DNA of 64,000 nucleotides from an uncultured Verrucomicrobiae bacterium (lineage in GTDB: Bacteria > Verrucomicrobiota > Verrucomicrobiia > Limisphaerales > Palsa-1400): NCBI GenBank assembly GCA_963764165.1, contig CAVXRD010000001.1, positions 384,001-448,000 on the forward strand. Reading direction: 5' to 3'. The notes under the pieces were generated by a model. It did not search any database and had not been told where the DNA came from. It was given only the letters and a program-made list of their open reading frames with translations. This document shows positions 6,618-16,716 of the stretch, piece by piece (position 1 is the stretch's first letter; every line of letters starts with the position of its first letter). The position numbers and the translations under genes were made by a program.

Positions 6618-9343
6618 GATAGGCCAGCAGGCTCGTCTCCATCGACGGGTGGCCGTCCATCCGCGCCGGCGCCGTCCAAATCAATAAGAATGTCCCGGGG
6701 CTCCGCGCCTTTGCTGGGGCCGACGATTCCGCGCAATTCCAATTCGTCCATGATGCGCGCGGCTCGCGTGTAACCAAGGCGCAATCGGCGCTGCATGAGC
6801 GAGACGCTGGCTTTCTGCTCGCTGCGGATGACTTCGATGCATTGCTGGATCAATTCCTCGTCCTCGTCGCTCGCGCCATTCTCGACGTCCATGCCGCTGC
6901 TGCTGCTGACTTTCTGCAATTGCTTGTGGATTTCCAGTTCGTAACTTGGTTTGCCCTGCGTGGCGATGTAGTCAACTATTGTTTGCAGCTCGCCATCGGT
7001 GATGAGCGCGCCCTGCACGCGAATCAATCTGGCCGAGCCGGGCGGCAGATAGAGCATGTCGCCCTTGCCCAGCAATTTGTCCGCGCCCATTGCGTCAAGA
7101 ATAGTTCTGGAATCGACTTTGGCCGCCACCTGGAATGCGATGCGCGCCGGGATGTTGGCTTTAATCACGCCGGTGATGACGTCTACGCTGGGCCGCTGCG
7201 TGGCGACGATGCAATGGATGCCCGCCGCGCGCGCCATCTGCGTAATGCGCGCAATCGCCATTTCAACATCCGCCGGCGCCACGAGCATGAGGTCCGCCAA
7301 TTCGTCAATAATAACAACGATGTAGCTCAGGCGATCGGGAATGACGATTTCCTCCTCGCGCGGCACCACAATTTCCTCGTCGAGTTCCACCGCGAAACCT
7401 TCCGAACTGGCCTCGACCTTCTCCTTTTTGCTCATCAGCGGCAACTCGGGCTCCGGAGGAGGAAGCGGCTTGTTCTTTGGCCGCTCGTTGAATGAGCGAA
7501 TATTGCGCACGCCGACTTTGGCGAAAATCTGGTAGCGCTTTTCCATTTCGTTGACAACCCAGCGCAAGGCGAGAATCACCTTTTTCGGATCGGTCACAAC
7601 CGGCACGACAAGGTGCGGCAAAGCGTTGTATTGCTGCAATTCGACCACCTTCGGATCAATCATCACGAAGCGCAATTGATCCGGCGGAAAACGATAGAGC
7701 AGCGACGCAATAATGGCGTTGATGCAAACGGATTTTCCGGAGCCGGTGCTGCCCGCAATCAGCAAGTGCGGCATCTCCGCGAGGTCGGCGACGATGGGGA
7801 CGCCGTAAACATCCTTTCCGAGAACGAGCGGAATGCGGGCCTTGGTGTTGCGCCATTCGTCAGAATCGAAAATGTCCCGCATGATTACCTTCGTCTTGAC
7901 AAGGTTCGGGACTTCCACGCCGACGGAGCTTTTCCCGGGAACGGGCGCAAGGACGTTGATGCGTTCCGCCTTCAGCGCGGCCGCGATATTATTGCTCAAG
8001 CCGACAATGCGTTCGAGTTTGACGCCCGGCGCGGGATGCAATTCGTAACGCGTGATGGTCGGGCCTTTGGTTATGTCGCCGAGAGCGACATCGATGCCGA
8101 ATTGCGCCAGCGTCTGCTGCATGAGCTTGGCGTTGGCCATCAATTCCTCCCGTGTCTCGGTCGGCTTAAGAGAAGTGTCGGGATACTGGAGAAAATCGAG
8201 CGGCGGCAATGTGTAATTGCCGATCTTCGGAGTGGAAGCAACCGCGATGGGCTTCTTCCGCGGCGCGGGGCGTCCGCGAGCGGGAACAGGCAACGGCGCG
8301 GGCGGCTGCGCCGGAAGTGCGTCGGTTGCGGCAGAAGGCGCAGAGGCGGCCATCTCTGCTTCCATCGGCGCGGCCTCCCCAGGTTCCTCGACTTTGGCAA
8401 TTTCCGGTTCTGGCTCGGGCTTGGGCTGTGCGGCCGGTTTGCGCCCAAGGATATCCGACGCAGTTGCGGCGGCCACTTCGCGCGCGGTGATGACCATGCC
8501 CACTTCCGCGGGCGTCGATGTCTTGGCCGGTTCCGGCGCGGGTTTTTCTGGCGCGGGCTTTTTCGGGCGGTCGCCGGGCTTCCCTTGCGGAACGCTCATG
8601 TCGCGCACGGTTGGCTCCGGCACGGGCTGCATATCCGCGCCGAGGCCGATGGGTTCCAAAACTTTCGGCACGGTGCCACGCGTCGTTTTGTCGACTTGAT
8701 CCTGCAATTTGCGCGCCTGCTTTTCCAATTCGCGCGCGCGGCGCTCCAACTCGGTTTCGCTTTGCGTTTTGGCCTCCTGTTTGGAGGCAATAAACTGGCG
8801 GCACCACGCGCCGAGTTGGAAGTTTGTCAGGTACATCAAGCTGATGATGTAGGCCGCGCCTAGAACGATGCCTGCTCCGACGCGGCCGACATAATGCAGG
8901 ACGTGCCTGTCAAGAAATTGGCCAATCAAGCCGCCCATCGGCGTGTTCATCGTATGCTGCAGGCTTTGCACCCAGCCGAAGCTGTTCTCCATCATGCTCG
9001 CCATGCACATGCAGCAGACAAGCAAAACGATGCCCCAGGGCCAGCGAGTCTGGAGGTATGCCAGGAAGCGGAAAAGATAACCGATGCCGAACAGCAGCAT
9101 CAGCACAGGCAGCACGAACGCGCCCACGCCAAAAATCCAAAACAGCAAATACGCCACCCATGCGCCGAGCGGTCCGCCGAGGTTGCGCATGGGATTATTG
9201 GGCGCGGTGCCGTTGGTCGCCAAATCGTGCGAATCATAAGAGAGCAACGCCACCAAAAGGAGAAGGGCGGCGGAGCCCAGCAAAATGCCAATGACATCGT
9301 GCAGGCCGTGGGGCTTTGTCGGGGACGCTTCTTTGCGAGCCAT
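6614..9343 (-). CDS. ftsK: DNA translocase FtsK
   Basis: N-terminal TM domain, Pro/Ala linker, PHLLIAGSTGSGKS Walker A, IIDELADLM, ATQRPS, gamma domain SVSLMQRRLRLGYTRAARIMD. Confidence 0.97.
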   Translation of the reverse strand: MARKEASPTKPHGLHDVIGILLGSAALLLLVALLSYDSHDLATNGTAPNNPMRNLGGPLGAWVAYLLFWIFGVGAFVLPVLMLLFGIGYLFRFLAYLQTRWPWGIVLLVCCMCMASMMENSFGWVQSLQHTMNTPMGGLIGQFLDRHVLHYVGRVGAGIVLGAAYIISLMYLTNFQLGAWCRQFIASKQEAKTQSETELERRARELEKQARKLQDQVDKTTRGTVPKVLEPIGLGADMQPVPEPTVRDMSVPQGKPGDRPKKPAPEKPAPEPAKTSTPAEVGMVITAREVAAATASDILGRKPAAQPKPEPEPEIAKVEEPGEAAPMEAEMAASAPSAATDALPAQPPAPLPVPARGRPAPRKKPIAVASTPKIGNYTLPPLDFLQYPDTSLKPTETREELMANAKLMQQTLAQFGIDVALGDITKGPTITRYELHPAPGVKLERIVGLSNNIAAALKAERINVLAPVPGKSSVGVEVPNLVKTKVIMRDIFDSDEWRNTKARIPLVLGKDVYGVPIVADLAEMPHLLIAGSTGSGKSVCINAIIASLLYRFPPDQLRFVMIDPKVVELQQYNALPHLVVPVVTDPKKVILALRWVVNEMEKRYQIFAKVGVRNIRSFNERPKNKPLPPPEPELPLMSKKEKVEASSEGFAVELDEEIVVPREEEIVIPDRLSYIVVIIDELADLMLVAPADVEMAIARITQMARAAGIHCIVATQRPSVDVITGVIKANIPARIAFQVAAKVDSRTILDAMGADKLLGKGDMLYLPPGSARLIRVQGALITDGELQTIVDYIATQGKPSYELEIHKQLQKVSSSSGMDVENGASDEDEELIQQCIEVIRSEQKASVSLMQRRLRLGYTRAARIMDELELRGIVGPSKGAEPRDILIDLDGAGADGRPPVDGDEPAGLS

Positions 9344-9373
9344 GAGCTTGGAGCTTAGAGCGGTGTGGAAATG

Positions 9374-9420
9374 CCGTCAACAGGCGTCAACAGGCGTCAG
9401 CCACCGTCAATATCCGTCAA
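9374..9420. repeat. Degenerate 10-bp tandem repeat (NNNNCGTCAA)
   Basis: ccgtcaa caggcgtcaa caggcgtcag ccaccgtcaa tatccgtcaa. Confidence 0.8.
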
Positions 9421-9545
9421 AATCTCATTTCGCCGGATGCGAAACGCGCGAACTTCCGCGAGCAAGTCATTGCCGCCGCGGCCCGGAGCACCAACCGAAT
9501 ACCTCGTCTTCATAAGCTGAGTCTTCCACAACTCGAGCCAAAGGA

Positions 9546-9629
9546 AAAACCTTCCAGAGGTTTTTTGGCACGATTTTTGGAAGAAAAATGCGGAATTTTG
9601 AATCGGAACTCGGGAAAGCAGGAAAGGAG
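9546..9629 (-). promoter_or_regulatory. Conserved non-coding motif, copy 2
   Basis: Reverse complement aligns with 3376-3460 including the AAAACCT-N5-AGGTTTT palindrome. Confidence 0.65.
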
Positions 9630-9660
9630 GCGTCTGATCGATTGGGCGCGTCGCTTCAGA

Positions 9661-9812
9661 CGGAGCGCGACTGTGTCGAAGACCAGTCGCAGCATGCTCA
9701 ATCCGACATGCGCGGTCGCACACCAGAAGCAGTCAAAATTGCATCTCTCCATTATTGGAGCGCCTCCAATTTATAACATGCTGCGACTGGTCTTCGACAC
9801 AGTCGCGCTCCG
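9661..9812. repeat. REP family A inverted pair
   Basis: Perfect 36-bp inverted repeat 9661-9696 / 9777-9812. Confidence 0.9.
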
Positions 9813-9880
9813 TTTCCGGCGTGTCCCGCCAAATCTACTATTTGACGATTGCTTCGGGCTCGGGTAAGGCAACTGTCAAT

Positions 9881-12319
9881 ATGCGACGCTGGATTTTTAC
9901 TTTGCTGCTTTCCTGCTCGATTCTTCATGGCGAGGATCGGTTCTTCCCTTGCGCCCTGGTCGTCGCCAATCCGTCTCCCCGCCGCCAAGCGTTTCCTGTC
10001 GACCCGGTCGCGGAGGCTCTTGTCTCCGGCCATTGGAATTCACCCACCAACGGTCAACCCCTCTCGCCGAGCATCACGAACCATGTCTGGGAATACGCCG
10101 GGGCTGACACCAACGGGGTCTTTTCCGGTGCGCAAATGGAAGGCGGGTATCTTCGCTACTTGACTTACGCGGAATCCAACACCGTTCGCCTGCTCTCCGC
10201 GGCGGGAGCAGATGTCATGTATGTCAATGGCGAACCGCACGTGGGCGATCCTTATTTCAACGAGACTGTCACGCTGCCCGTTCTGCTTCATAAGGGTTCA
10301 AACGAATTTCTCTTCGCCGTCAGCCGCGGGCGGTTCCGCGGCAAGCTCTCCGATCCGCCAAGGCCTGTCTCGCTTTATCAGAAGGATCCAACCCTTCCCG
10401 ACATCATTCGCGGCGAGAACGATCCGCTTTGGGCCGCTGTCATCGTGATGAACGCCACGACAAATCCGCTGACCCGCCTCAACTTGCGCGCTTCCGCGGG
10501 CGGACGCCATTGGCAGGAAACCACGGTTCCGATCATTCCGCCGCTGAGCATTCGGAAGGTCGGGTTCCAATTCAAGCCGCGATGGGATGAACACACCAAC
10601 GCTTTGCCGCTTTGTGTTGAATTGCGGGCGGGCGGCAAGACACTTGATTCCAATTCGTGGCAACTCAATCTTCGACGGCCCGATGAGCATTACAAGCAGA
10701 CGTTTCGCAGCGACATCGACGGCAGCGTTCAGTATTTCGCGGTGGCGCCCGCGATTCCCCTTCCGGGCGCGCCTCCGCCGCGCGCGCTTTTCCTCTCCGT
10801 TCACGGGGCAAGTGTCGAGGCGACCAGCCAGGCGGGCGCTTACCAATCCAAGCATTGGGGCACTGTCGTCGCGCCCACCAACCGCCGTCCCTACGGGCTG
10901 GATTGGGAGGATTGGGGCCAAGCCGATGCGATGGAAGTGCTGGGGATTGCGACCAACCGTTTCGATATCGATCCGCACGAAGTCTATTTGACAGGCCACT
11001 CGATGGGCGGTCACGGAACCTGGCATCTTGGAACGACATTTCCGGATCAATTTGCGGCGATTGCTCCGAGCGCGGGCTGGATCAGTTTCTGGTCTTACGC
11101 GGGTTCCGAGCATTCCGACAATCCCGATCCGATGGCCGAAATTCTCCAGCGGGCCAGCAATCCCGGCGACACCTTGGGACTGGTCAGCAACTGCCTCCAC
11201 TTTGGCGTCTACATTCTCCATGGCACCGCTGACGACAATGTTCCGGTCAAGGAAGCGCGCACGATGCGCGACCGGCTTGCGCAATTCCACTCGGACACAA
11301 GTTACTACGAGCAACCCGGCGCGGGGCATTGGTGGGGCAATCAATGCGTCGATTGGCCGCCGCTCTTTGATTTCCTGTCGCGCCACCGGCGTCCAGATGA
11401 CGCTGATGTTCTCCACATCAACTTCACTACCATGAATCCGGGAGCTTCGGCGCGCTCGCATTGGATTTCCATCGAACAGCAGATTCATCCGCTGCAAAAA
11501 AGCGTTGTCATCGCAGATTACGATTCCATCCACCACGCTTTCAAACTCGAGACTGAAAACGTGACGCGGCTGCAATTGCGCGCAGGCAGCATCGCCGCCC
11601 CCGGCCCCGTCACGGTAAAGATCGACACGAACGAATTTTCCGCCCTGCCGGACGCAGCTCTTTCATTTGCGCTCACCAACGGCCAATGGTCTCGCAGCGG
11701 TGCGCGCCCGGCGGCGCAAAAGGGTCCTGGTCGATACGGTCCTTTCAAGGACGCGATCGGCCACGAAATGCAATTTGTCTACGCCACGCACGGTACGCCG
11801 GAGGAAAACGCGTGGGCTCTCGCCAAGGCGCGCTTCGACGCGGAGACGTGGTGGTACCGCGCGAACGGCTCCGTCGATGTCATTCCCGATAGTGTGTTCA
11901 ATGCGAATTTGGAACCTGACCGTGGGATTGTGCTTTATGGCAACGCTGACAACAACAGCGCCTGGCCATCTCTTCTCGGCGACAGTCCCATTCAAGTCCG
12001 CCGTGACGGCGTCAGCATCGAGAGCCACACTTTTGGTGGCACGGATCTCGCCTCCCTCTTTTGCCGACCGCGCCACGGAAGCGATGTTGCCTGCGTCGCG
12101 GTTGTCTCTGGAACGGGCGTGGAAGGGGATCGAATGACTGACCGCATTCCCTACATGACGGCGGGCGTTGCGTATCCTGATTGCGTCGTCTTCGGCGCCT
12201 CAAATCGTTCCGATCCAAATTCCAGAATTCTAGCCGCAGGCTACTTTGGGATGGATTGGAGCGTTGCGACCGGGGATTTTGTTTTTCGCCCGAAAGATTA
12301 TAAGCGCTTCATGTATTAG
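9881..12319 (+). CDS. Secreted alpha/beta-hydrolase (prolyl oligopeptidase/esterase-like)
   Basis: Signal peptide from MRRWIF, SVHGA, GHSMGG nucleophile elbow, HGTADDNVP, GHWW. Confidence 0.85.
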   Translation: MRRWIFTLLLSCSILHGEDRFFPCALVVANPSPRRQAFPVDPVAEALVSGHWNSPTNGQPLSPSITNHVWEYAGADTNGVFSGAQMEGGYLRYLTYAESNTVRLLSAAGADVMYVNGEPHVGDPYFNETVTLPVLLHKGSNEFLFAVSRGRFRGKLSDPPRPVSLYQKDPTLPDIIRGENDPLWAAVIVMNATTNPLTRLNLRASAGGRHWQETTVPIIPPLSIRKVGFQFKPRWDEHTNALPLCVELRAGGKTLDSNSWQLNLRRPDEHYKQTFRSDIDGSVQYFAVAPAIPLPGAPPPRALFLSVHGASVEATSQAGAYQSKHWGTVVAPTNRRPYGLDWEDWGQADAMEVLGIATNRFDIDPHEVYLTGHSMGGHGTWHLGTTFPDQFAAIAPSAGWISFWSYAGSEHSDNPDPMAEILQRASNPGDTLGLVSNCLHFGVYILHGTADDNVPVKEARTMRDRLAQFHSDTSYYEQPGAGHWWGNQCVDWPPLFDFLSRHRRPDDADVLHINFTTMNPGASARSHWISIEQQIHPLQKSVVIADYDSIHHAFKLETENVTRLQLRAGSIAAPGPVTVKIDTNEFSALPDAALSFALTNGQWSRSGARPAAQKGPGRYGPFKDAIGHEMQFVYATHGTPEENAWALAKARFDAETWWYRANGSVDVIPDSVFNANLEPDRGIVLYGNADNNSAWPSLLGDSPIQVRRDGVSIESHTFGGTDLASLFCRPRHGSDVACVAVVSGTGVEGDRMTDRIPYMTAGVAYPDCVVFGASNRSDPNSRILAAGYFGMDWSVATGDFVFRPKDYKRFMY

Positions 12320-12332
12320 CAATGCTCCACCA

Positions 12333-13574
12333 TTACAATGCTTGCCGCTTTGGCTCGCGGTAACGCAGCCAGAACAACGCGGCCAATCCGGGCAGCAGCA
12401 TAAACGTCACCGCCCACGCTCCGCTGCCGGGATGATCTGGGAAAAATTTTAGCGCCGAGGCTGCCATCGCCGGACCCACGCAATTTCCAACTCCGATCAC
12501 CGCTTCATGCACGCCGCCATGCTCGCCTTTCGCCTCGCCGACGTCCATTGAGTAGAACAGGGCCGAATAGTAAATCAGCCCAATCGCGGGCCCGAAGGCG
12601 AGCTGAGCCAGCACCAGCGTCCAAAAATGCGGCACGAGAAGCAGGATGGCGAAGGAGGCGATTAGCACAACAAACGCGATCGCCAAATAACGAAATCGGT
12701 AATGCCAGCCCGGCCACATCCAAAGGCCGACAAACGCCACCGCGCGGGCAAAGAGCCAAATCGAGCACACGAATCCTGCCATCATCGGCGACAAACCCAG
12801 CCGCGCCGCGACGGCCGGCATGCTGGAGATGACGGTGTTAATGGCAAGGTAAGCCATCGGATTTGCGACCAGCGCCAGTGTTAAGAATGCGGCGGGTGGG
12901 ATTGGCGAACGGTACGTTTCCTTGATCACGTGCAAAATGGGAATTTCGCTTCGTTGGGCCACTTCCGGCTGCTTTTGAGCCTCGCCTTCCAGCCAGGTTG
13001 CGACACCGAATTCAATCGCAAGTATTCCCGCTGGCACATAAAACATGCTGGCGCCCCAGCCCCAACTGTGTTGCATTGCTCCAGCGGTGAAATAAGCGAA
13101 TCCGGCCGTCGCCGCCCAGACCACATTGTAAAATCCGACCAATCCGGGCAATCGCGCGGGCGGTTCACCTTCGCTGACCAGCGCCTCCATCGCGGGCCAT
13201 GTCAGGCACATGCCGAGCGAACCCATTACCGCCAGGGCGATTGTCAACCACACGCTTCCGGTCGCGCTGCACGCCAGAAACGCCGCAATCATGATCGCTG
13301 CTCCCGCGCGAACGGCCGTCAGATACCCGAATTTCTGCGCAAATTTCCCCCCGTAATACGCGCCGAACGCATACACCAACCCGAGCAGCGCCGCCAGCAT
13401 CAGGTCTTGCATCGGCGTGAAAAAGAACCGTTTCTCGGTGTAAAAGTAGAGAAAGTAGAAGAAATAGACGGTGGCCAATCCGTTAAGCGCTTCCAGCACA
13501 AAGCAGGCAGCCTTCAGATTGGGAGACGTGATGCCGCGATGAATTTGCGGCCTCGAAGCCAGGTCGTGTTCCAT
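12333..13574 (-). CDS. MFS transporter
   Basis: Multi-TM, GGKFAQKFG motif A variant; start uncertain (13574 or 13634). Confidence 0.8.
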   Translation of the reverse strand: MEHDLASRPQIHRGITSPNLKAACFVLEALNGLATVYFFYFLYFYTEKRFFFTPMQDLMLAALLGLVYAFGAYYGGKFAQKFGYLTAVRAGAAIMIAAFLACSATGSVWLTIALAVMGSLGMCLTWPAMEALVSEGEPPARLPGLVGFYNVVWAATAGFAYFTAGAMQHSWGWGASMFYVPAGILAIEFGVATWLEGEAQKQPEVAQRSEIPILHVIKETYRSPIPPAAFLTLALVANPMAYLAINTVISSMPAVAARLGLSPMMAGFVCSIWLFARAVAFVGLWMWPGWHYRFRYLAIAFVVLIASFAILLLVPHFWTLVLAQLAFGPAIGLIYYSALFYSMDVGEAKGEHGGVHEAVIGVGNCVGPAMAASALKFFPDHPGSGAWAVTFMLLPGLAALFWLRYREPKRQAL

Positions 13575-13656
13575 TCGATTCGGCGCAAGTTGCCTGTCAG
13601 GGAGCGTGGTGTCCAGTCTGGTTTGCCGCTTCAATGACGGCCATTATTCGCATGAA

Positions 13657-13841
13657 ATGGGACTGATGGGAATCATGGGAGTCATGGGAGGCTCGCTAAG
13701 CCCGAGATTTCCTAATCAAGGAACCAGCGCATGCAGCGCGAGAGCCTCGAAAAATCGACGGGCTTTTCGAGAATCACCCGACGATTGGAATAGCGGTCGG
13801 GAAAGAGGTTCCATAGGCCGCATATGCCGTATAACTCCTAT
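13657..13841. repeat. Inverted pair of 9-bp tandem arrays
   Basis: atgggactg atgggaatc atgggagtc atgggaggc at 13657-13692; degenerate complement ccataggcc gcatatgcc gtataactc ctat near 13811-13841. Confidence 0.6.
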
Positions 13842-13871
13842 TTTTCTTCTGACAAATGCAACCAACGAGGG

Positions 13872-15290
13872 TTATTTTACAAATTGAGCGCGGATGAAAA
13901 CAAAGTAAGCCAGCAGCAGAATCGCGAGCACTCCGCTCAGCCAGCGAATCTCGCGCCCTCGCCCTGCAAAAAGGCGAATAATGGGGTCTGCGATCATTCC
14001 CAATGCCAATCCGTCGGCGATGGAATATGAGAGAGGAATTCCTATCAGCGTGAGGAACGCGGGAAGGCACGCCGCCGGGTCGTCCCATTCAATTTTTGCC
14101 GCGCTTCGCATCATCATCGCTCCGACCACCACCAGCGCGGGAGCCGTCAGCGGCGGATAGCTTCCCATCATCATCACCAGCGGGCTGAAAAAGAGTGAGA
14201 GCAGAAACAATCCCGCCACCACCAAGCCAGTCAAACCAGTCCGCCCGCCCTGCTCCACCCCGGCGGCGCTCTCAATGAAACTAGTCACGGTGCTCGTTCC
14301 CATCGCCGCGCCCGCCACGGTGCCGATGGCGTCCGAGACCATCGCCTCGCGCGCCCGTAGCAATTTGTTATTGACGATGAAACCGGCCTGCTCGCACACG
14401 CCAATGAGCGTGCCGATCCCGTCAAACGTCAGCATGAACAGGAACACCGCGACAAACGGAAGCATCGCCGGAGAGAACGCTGCGGCCATATTCAATTTTA
14501 AAAACGTCGGAGCCATGGAGGGAGGCATTGAGACGACTCCTTGCGCAAATTGAAATCGTTTCACTAGCATCGATTGCGACACGACGGTTGAATTTGTCCA
14601 CGAACTCGGAAAATGCGGCAGCATAAAATGCAGCGATGCGGCCAAAATCGTAGCGGCCACGATGCCCCATAAAATCGCGCCGCGCATTTTTCTCGCCTGA
14701 AAAATAGCCGTCAATAATAGGGAGGCGAAAAAGATGATCATGTCCGGGGAGCCGAATTGCGCGTTCAATTTCACCGCGCTCCCTGCATCCTTCACGATGA
14801 CTCCCGCATTTTGCAATCCAATGAACGCGATGAAAAGCCCAATGCCAGCGGCGGCGGCGTTTTTCAAACTTGGGCTGACCGAATCAAAAATCATCGCCCG
14901 GATGCCGAACAATGAAAGGATCAGGAAAAGAATGCCCGACACCATGACGGTCCCCAGCGCGACCTGCCACGGGTCTTTGAACCCCGCCGCGGCCGCGGCG
15001 GGAATCGCGGAGAATACGAAGAAAAAATTCTCGCCCATTCCAGGCGCCTGGGCGATCGGATAGCGCGCGCAAAGCGCCATGATGGCCGTCGCAAGGGCGG
15101 CGGAAAGGCACGTGGCGGTCATCACTGAACCGGCATCCATTCCGCTGGCGAAGCCGAACATCTGCCCGGAAAGGACGGATGGCTGCACCACCACGATGTA
15201 CGCCATCGTGAGAAAGGTGGTGAGTCCGGCGAAGATTTCGGTGCGGACGGTGGTCTGGTTTGCGTTCAGCTTAAACAAACGTTCGAGCAT
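13872..15290 (-). CDS. NCS2/AzgA-family purine permease
   Basis: TEIFAGLTTFLTMAYI, APGMG, TVTSFIESAAGVEQGGRTGLT, YSIADG. Confidence 0.93.
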   Translation of the reverse strand: MLERLFKLNANQTTVRTEIFAGLTTFLTMAYIVVVQPSVLSGQMFGFASGMDAGSVMTATCLSAALATAIMALCARYPIAQAPGMGENFFFVFSAIPAAAAAGFKDPWQVALGTVMVSGILFLILSLFGIRAMIFDSVSPSLKNAAAAGIGLFIAFIGLQNAGVIVKDAGSAVKLNAQFGSPDMIIFFASLLLTAIFQARKMRGAILWGIVAATILAASLHFMLPHFPSSWTNSTVVSQSMLVKRFQFAQGVVSMPPSMAPTFLKLNMAAAFSPAMLPFVAVFLFMLTFDGIGTLIGVCEQAGFIVNNKLLRAREAMVSDAIGTVAGAAMGTSTVTSFIESAAGVEQGGRTGLTGLVVAGLFLLSLFFSPLVMMMGSYPPLTAPALVVVGAMMMRSAAKIEWDDPAACLPAFLTLIGIPLSYSIADGLALGMIADPIIRLFAGRGREIRWLSGVLAILLLAYFVFIRAQFVK

Positions 15291-15350
15291 ATGGCCAACG
15301 CAGGCCGATCATGCGCGAACGTTTTGCTGACAGCAACGGGAAAACGCGGC

Positions 15351-15432
15351 GGCAGGGACGTCTCGCCGAAACGTCCGGGGTGAGGTGGTCATCCGCGCGC
15401 AACCCGGGACGCCTCGGCGAGGCGTCCCTGCC
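15351..15432. repeat. REP family B inverted pair (GGTAGGGACGCCTCGCCGAGGCGTCC type)
   Basis: Two inverted hairpin copies; flanking spacer words shared with 39919-40017. Confidence 0.85.
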
Positions 15433-15440
15433 TCGGACGA

Positions 15441-15935
15441 TTACACTGGCACCTCTTCCAAGGCTTCTTCGTTCTTGGCCAGCGACAAATCGGTCAGGTT
15501 TTGATCGGCTTCTTTTTCCTGATCGAGAATTTCCTGGAGAATTTCCGCGGCGGGTTCGCTGCCGAGGAGCTTGGCCCATGTGCAAAGCGTGCCGTAGGTG
15601 GCGATTTCGTAGTGCTCAACCTTCTGGCAGGCCGCGATGATGGCGGCGTTGATGCTCGGGCTTTCCTTGTTTTCGGCCACAATTTCGTCGCCTTCGTCAA
15701 GGATGCCGACCATGGCCGGGCACTTTTTGGTGCGCGGCTTTTCCTCAAAGATCTCGAAGACGCGCTCCAGTTGCTCGATCTGGTTTTCAGTTTCCTCGAG
15801 ATGGTTTTCCAGCGCATCCTGCAGTTCCCCGCAGGTAGCGGCGTCCATCATTTTCGGAAGAGCCTTGGTGATGCGGTGCTCCGCGTCGTACATATCAGCC
15901 AATTCGTTTAAGAACAAAGTTCTGAGTGCCTTCAT
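15441..15935 (-). CDS. DUF892 ferritin-like protein (YciE/YciF family)
   Basis: EL.DMYDAE, HLEET..QIE.LE, QKVEHYEIATYG, L.QEKEAD. Confidence 0.92.
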   Translation of the reverse strand: MKALRTLFLNELADMYDAEHRITKALPKMMDAATCGELQDALENHLEETENQIEQLERVFEIFEEKPRTKKCPAMVGILDEGDEIVAENKESPSINAAIIAACQKVEHYEIATYGTLCTWAKLLGSEPAAEILQEILDQEKEADQNLTDLSLAKNEEALEEVPV

Positions 15936-15999
15936 AATTCAATTTTAGTCTGGGTTAATTGTTTTGACGCGAGCCAGCGCCGCGCTTGCAACAATCCTT

Positions 16000-16016
16000 A
16001 GCTAGGCAAATGCCAA
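16000..16016 (-). promoter_or_regulatory. Possible sigma54 -24/-12 promoter for the DUF892 gene
   Basis: Minus strand TTGGCATTTGCCTAGCT has GG-N10-GC spacing ~65 nt upstream of the ATG. Confidence 0.4.
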
Positions 16017-16133
16017 GTGCCTCTCCCCGGGGAATTTCCGCGAAAAGGCATGCAATTAGAGCTTAAACTGGCACTTTGCATGGTGAAACCGTGCATGAAT
16101 CCATGTGGGGCTCGGCAGCCTGCACCAACGAAC

Positions 16134-16616
16134 CTACTTGTCTGCAACGGCGTCGTAAACCTCGGCAGCGTGCGGACGGGGTTTCACTTCACACCAGATT
16201 TTGCGGATGCGGCCGTCGGGGCCAATGAGAAACGTGATGCGATGCATTCCCATATATTTCCGCCCCAGAAAGCTCTTCTGCCCCCACGCGCCGTATGCCG
16301 TCGCAATGCCTTTGTCCTCGTCGGAAAGTAAAGGGAATGGCAGTTCGTATTTCTTGGCGAACTTGTCGTGCGAAGCCACCGAATCGGCGCTTACGCCGAG
16401 CACGACGGCATCCTTCTTGGTGAAATCGGCGTATTGATCGCGAAAATGGCAGGCTTCCATCGTGCAACCCGGCGTATCGTCACGCGGATAGAAGTAGAGC
16501 ACGACGTTTTTCCCGCGAAACTCGGTCAGGCAGACGACCTTCCCGCCATTGGTCTTTGCGGTGAATAGCGGTGCCATGTCCCCTTCCTTGACTGGCAAAT
16601 TGAGTGCTTTCGGCAT
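16134..16616 (-). CDS. bcp: Peroxiredoxin Bcp/PrxQ
   Basis: VVLYFYPRDDTPGCTMEACHFRD; start at MPKALN. Confidence 0.93.
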   Translation of the reverse strand: MPKALNLPVKEGDMAPLFTAKTNGGKVVCLTEFRGKNVVLYFYPRDDTPGCTMEACHFRDQYADFTKKDAVVLGVSADSVASHDKFAKKYELPFPLLSDEDKGIATAYGAWGQKSFLGRKYMGMHRITFLIGPDGRIRKIWCEVKPRPHAAEVYDAVADK

Positions 16617-16688
16617 ATTGAAAATCGTTGGTACTCGCTTTCCCCAATTAATGCAACGACCGTGTCGAACGCAAACCAGTCGTTGGCG

Positions 16689-16715
16689 GGGACGCCTCGG
16701 CGAGGCGTCTCTACC
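16689..16715 (-). repeat. REP family B single copy
   Basis: gggacgcctcggcgaggcgtctctacc directly after the stop of the upstream gene. Confidence 0.8.
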
Positions 16716-16716
16716 C

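Noticed and set aside
7613..8863. Long antisense ORFs over ftsK (and similarly over the RND, protease and oxidoreductase genes)
   Set aside because: Shadow frames of well-supported genes
9565..9581. TTGGCACGATTTTTGGA as a sigma54 promoter within the duplicated motif
   Set aside because: The -12 GC is GG here and GA in the other copy, so the invariant dinucleotide is missing in both
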